Assembly (NCBI GenBank): GCA_963770895.1
Contig: CAVYRF010000002.1
Coordinates: 3,008,001 to 3,072,000, forward strand
DNA: 64,000 nucleotides
Source: an uncultured Acidobacteriota bacterium
GTDB lineage: Bacteria > Acidobacteriota > Thermoanaerobaculia > Multivoradales > UBA5704
Direction of reading: 5' to 3'
Shown here in pieces: positions 62,237 through 64,000 of this stretch (position 1 is the first letter of the stretch; every line of letters begins with the position of its first letter). The translations under genes and the position numbers were made by a program. The notes beneath the pieces were generated by a model. The model was not told the origin of the DNA. It ran no database searches and saw nothing but the letters and a program-made list of their open reading frames with translations.

Positions 62237-63361
62237 CTAGGGCTGCGCGGGGCGCGCAGGCCACAGCACCGAGCGGTCGATGGCGGCGATGGTGGTGGTG
62301 CCGCAGAGCGCCATCGTCGTCTCCAGCTCGGCGACCAGGATCTTGAGCAGGCGCTCGACCCCGGCGGCGCCGCCCGCCGCCAGCGCCCACAGGTGGGGGC
62401 GGCCGATGAAGACGGCACGGGCGCCCAGGGCCAGCGCCTTGACCACGTCGGTGCCGCGCCGCACGCCGCCGTCGAGCAGGACGGGGATGCGGCCCGCAAC
62501 CGCCTGCACGACGCCGGGGAGCGCCTCGATCGTCGCCGGCGTGGTGTCCAGGTTGCGGGCGCCGTGGTTGGACACGATGATGCCGGCGGCGCCGTGTTCC
62601 ACCGCCAGCGCCGCGTCCTCGGGCGACAGCACCCCCTTGAGCAGGATGGGGATCCTGGCGAAGCCGGCAATCCAGTCGATGCCATCCCAGGTGAGGGTGG
62701 GATCGAAGATCGTGCCGTAGACGCCGCTTTCGTCGAAGTGGCTGGCCTGGGCGCCCTTGCAGCCGCGCAGGTTGGCGCGCTCCAGCCCGGCGGACAGGGC
62801 GAAGCGGTCGCGCGTCTCGCGGTTGCGGGTGCCTGGCACCGGCGTGTCGACGGTGATGCAGAGCGCCTTGCAGCCGGCGGCCTCCGCCCGCGCCACCAGG
62901 TCGCGGGTGAACTCGCGGTCGGATTGCACGTACAGCTGGAACCACAGCGGCGCCGTGGCCGCGGCCGCGATCTCCTCGACGGCGGTGGTGGCGAACGAGC
63001 TGACCACCATGGTCATGCCGGCGGCGCCGGCGGCGCGCGCCGTGCCCAGCTCGCCGTCGGGGTGGACCATGCGGTGGTACGCGGTCGGGGCGAGCAGGAT
63101 GGGAACGAGCTGCGGCTGGCCGAGCAGGTGGGTCGCGGTGTCCAACCGGCTGACGTCGCGCAGGATGCGCGGCTTGAGCAGGATGTCGTCAAAACAGCTG
63201 CAGTTGCGGCGCAGCGAAATCTCGTCGCCGGCGCCGCCGACGATGTAGCTGTAGACCGTCTGCGGCAGGCGCTGCCGGGCGATCGCCTCGAAGTCGGCGC
63301 AGTTGACCGGGTTGGCGGCGGCGAGGGCCGCGGCTTCGGCGGCGACGTCCGGTTCGCTCAT
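62237..63361 (-). CDS. FMN-dependent alpha-hydroxy-acid oxidase/dehydrogenase
   Basis: GGAGDE; LAPTA; WFQLY; TVDTP; LKGV; VSNHGARNLD; DGGVRRGTDV.KALALGA. Confidence 0.95.
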   Translation of the reverse strand: MSEPDVAAEAAALAAANPVNCADFEAIARQRLPQTVYSYIVGGAGDEISLRRNCSCFDDILLKPRILRDVSRLDTATHLLGQPQLVPILLAPTAYHRMVHPDGELGTARAAGAAGMTMVVSSFATTAVEEIAAAATAPLWFQLYVQSDREFTRDLVARAEAAGCKALCITVDTPVPGTRNRETRDRFALSAGLERANLRGCKGAQASHFDESGVYGTIFDPTLTWDGIDWIAGFARIPILLKGVLSPEDAALAVEHGAAGIIVSNHGARNLDTTPATIEALPGVVQAVAGRIPVLLDGGVRRGTDVVKALALGARAVFIGRPHLWALAAGGAAGVERLLKILVAELETTMALCGTTTIAAIDRSVLWPARPAQP

Positions 63362-63382
63362 GGCGTCTGTGCAGACCCGGGG

Positions 63383-64000
63383 TCAGATCCCTTGCGCTGC
63401 CTTCGCCGGTTTGGCTTCGCGGGCCTTGGCGTCCTTGGCTTCCTTGACCATGCGCCGCACGTCGGCGAGCAGCTGCTTGGCATCGTAGACGATGCCGTCC
63501 TTGATGGTGTACCGGACGCCGCCGGCCCGCACCACCTCGTTCTTGTCGTTGAGCTTGGTCACGCCGGTGCCGTACAGGCTCGCCAGGTTGGCCAGCGGGT
63601 TTTCGTCGACCACCACCAGGTCGGCCAGCTTGCCCGGTTCGACCGAGCCGATCTGGCTGGCCATGCCCAGCGCCTCGGCGCCCTTGAGGGTGGCGGCGCG
63701 GATCACCTCCAGCGGGTGAAAGCCCGCCTCGCGCAGCAGCTCCAGCTCGCGCACGTAGTCGAAGCCGTAGAGCTTGTAGAGGAAGCCGCTGTCGGTGCCC
63801 ACCGTGACCCTGCCGCCGCGGTTCTTGTATTCGTTGACGAACGCCATCCACAGGCGGTAGTTGTTTTTCCACTCCACTTCGTCCTCGGTGGTCCAGTGGA
63901 ACCAGAAGGAGCCGTGATTCTGGCGGCTCGGCTGGTAGAACTCCCACAGCGAGGGCAGCGTGTATTCGTCGTGCCATTCCGCCCGCCGCACCCGCATCAG
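63383..64000 (-). CDS. Amidohydrolase family protein (C-terminal part; 5' end beyond the window)
   Basis: GTDSG; RELELL.EAGFHPLEVI.AAT; GSVEPGKLADLVV. Confidence 0.85.
   Translation of the reverse strand: MMRVRRAEWHDEYTLPSLWEFYQPSRQNHGSFWFHWTTEDEVEWKNNYRLWMAFVNEYKNRGGRVTVGTDSGFLYKLYGFDYVRELELLREAGFHPLEVIRAATLKGAEALGMASQIGSVEPGKLADLVVVDENPLANLASLYGTGVTKLNDKNEVVRAGGVRYTIKDGIVYDAKQLLADVRRMVKEAKDAKAREAKPAKAAQGI

Overview
High-GC bacterial window. Gene content and small-peptide style suggest Acidobacteriota, possibly Thermoanaerobaculia (inference). Positions 1-45.8 kb are a large Wzx/Wzy-type exopolysaccharide/capsule locus: 8 glycosyltransferases, flippase, polymerase, Wza/Wzc/CpsB, outer-membrane beta-barrel, two O-antigen-ligase-family proteins and a priming sugar transferase. 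Tailoring genes include a carbamoyltransferase, an AsnB amidotransferase, two methyltransferases, Sat-CysC and CysQ. Two other modules sit inside this locus. (i) A compositionally distinct vWA-kinase-PP2C-kinase cassette (18-22.7 kb) related to TerY-P conflict triads. (ii) A RiPP-like cassette (37-44.2 kb): nucleotidyltransferase, S24/S26 peptidase, HPr-kinase-like protein, PqqD/RRE and radical SAM, interleaved with the ligases and three minus-strand small peptide genes (YxxP-leader/two-Cys, four-fold PxPxPW repeat, and LanA-like). This possible glyco-RiPP/EPS system is the most interesting candidate. The right part is mostly housekeeping: metF, MarR, a frameshifted fabH, a 10-Cys secreted mini-protein, amidohydrolases, metH under a SAM-I/IV riboswitch, a CPA1 antiporter and an alpha-hydroxy-acid oxidase. 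All calls come from reading motifs; no searches were run.
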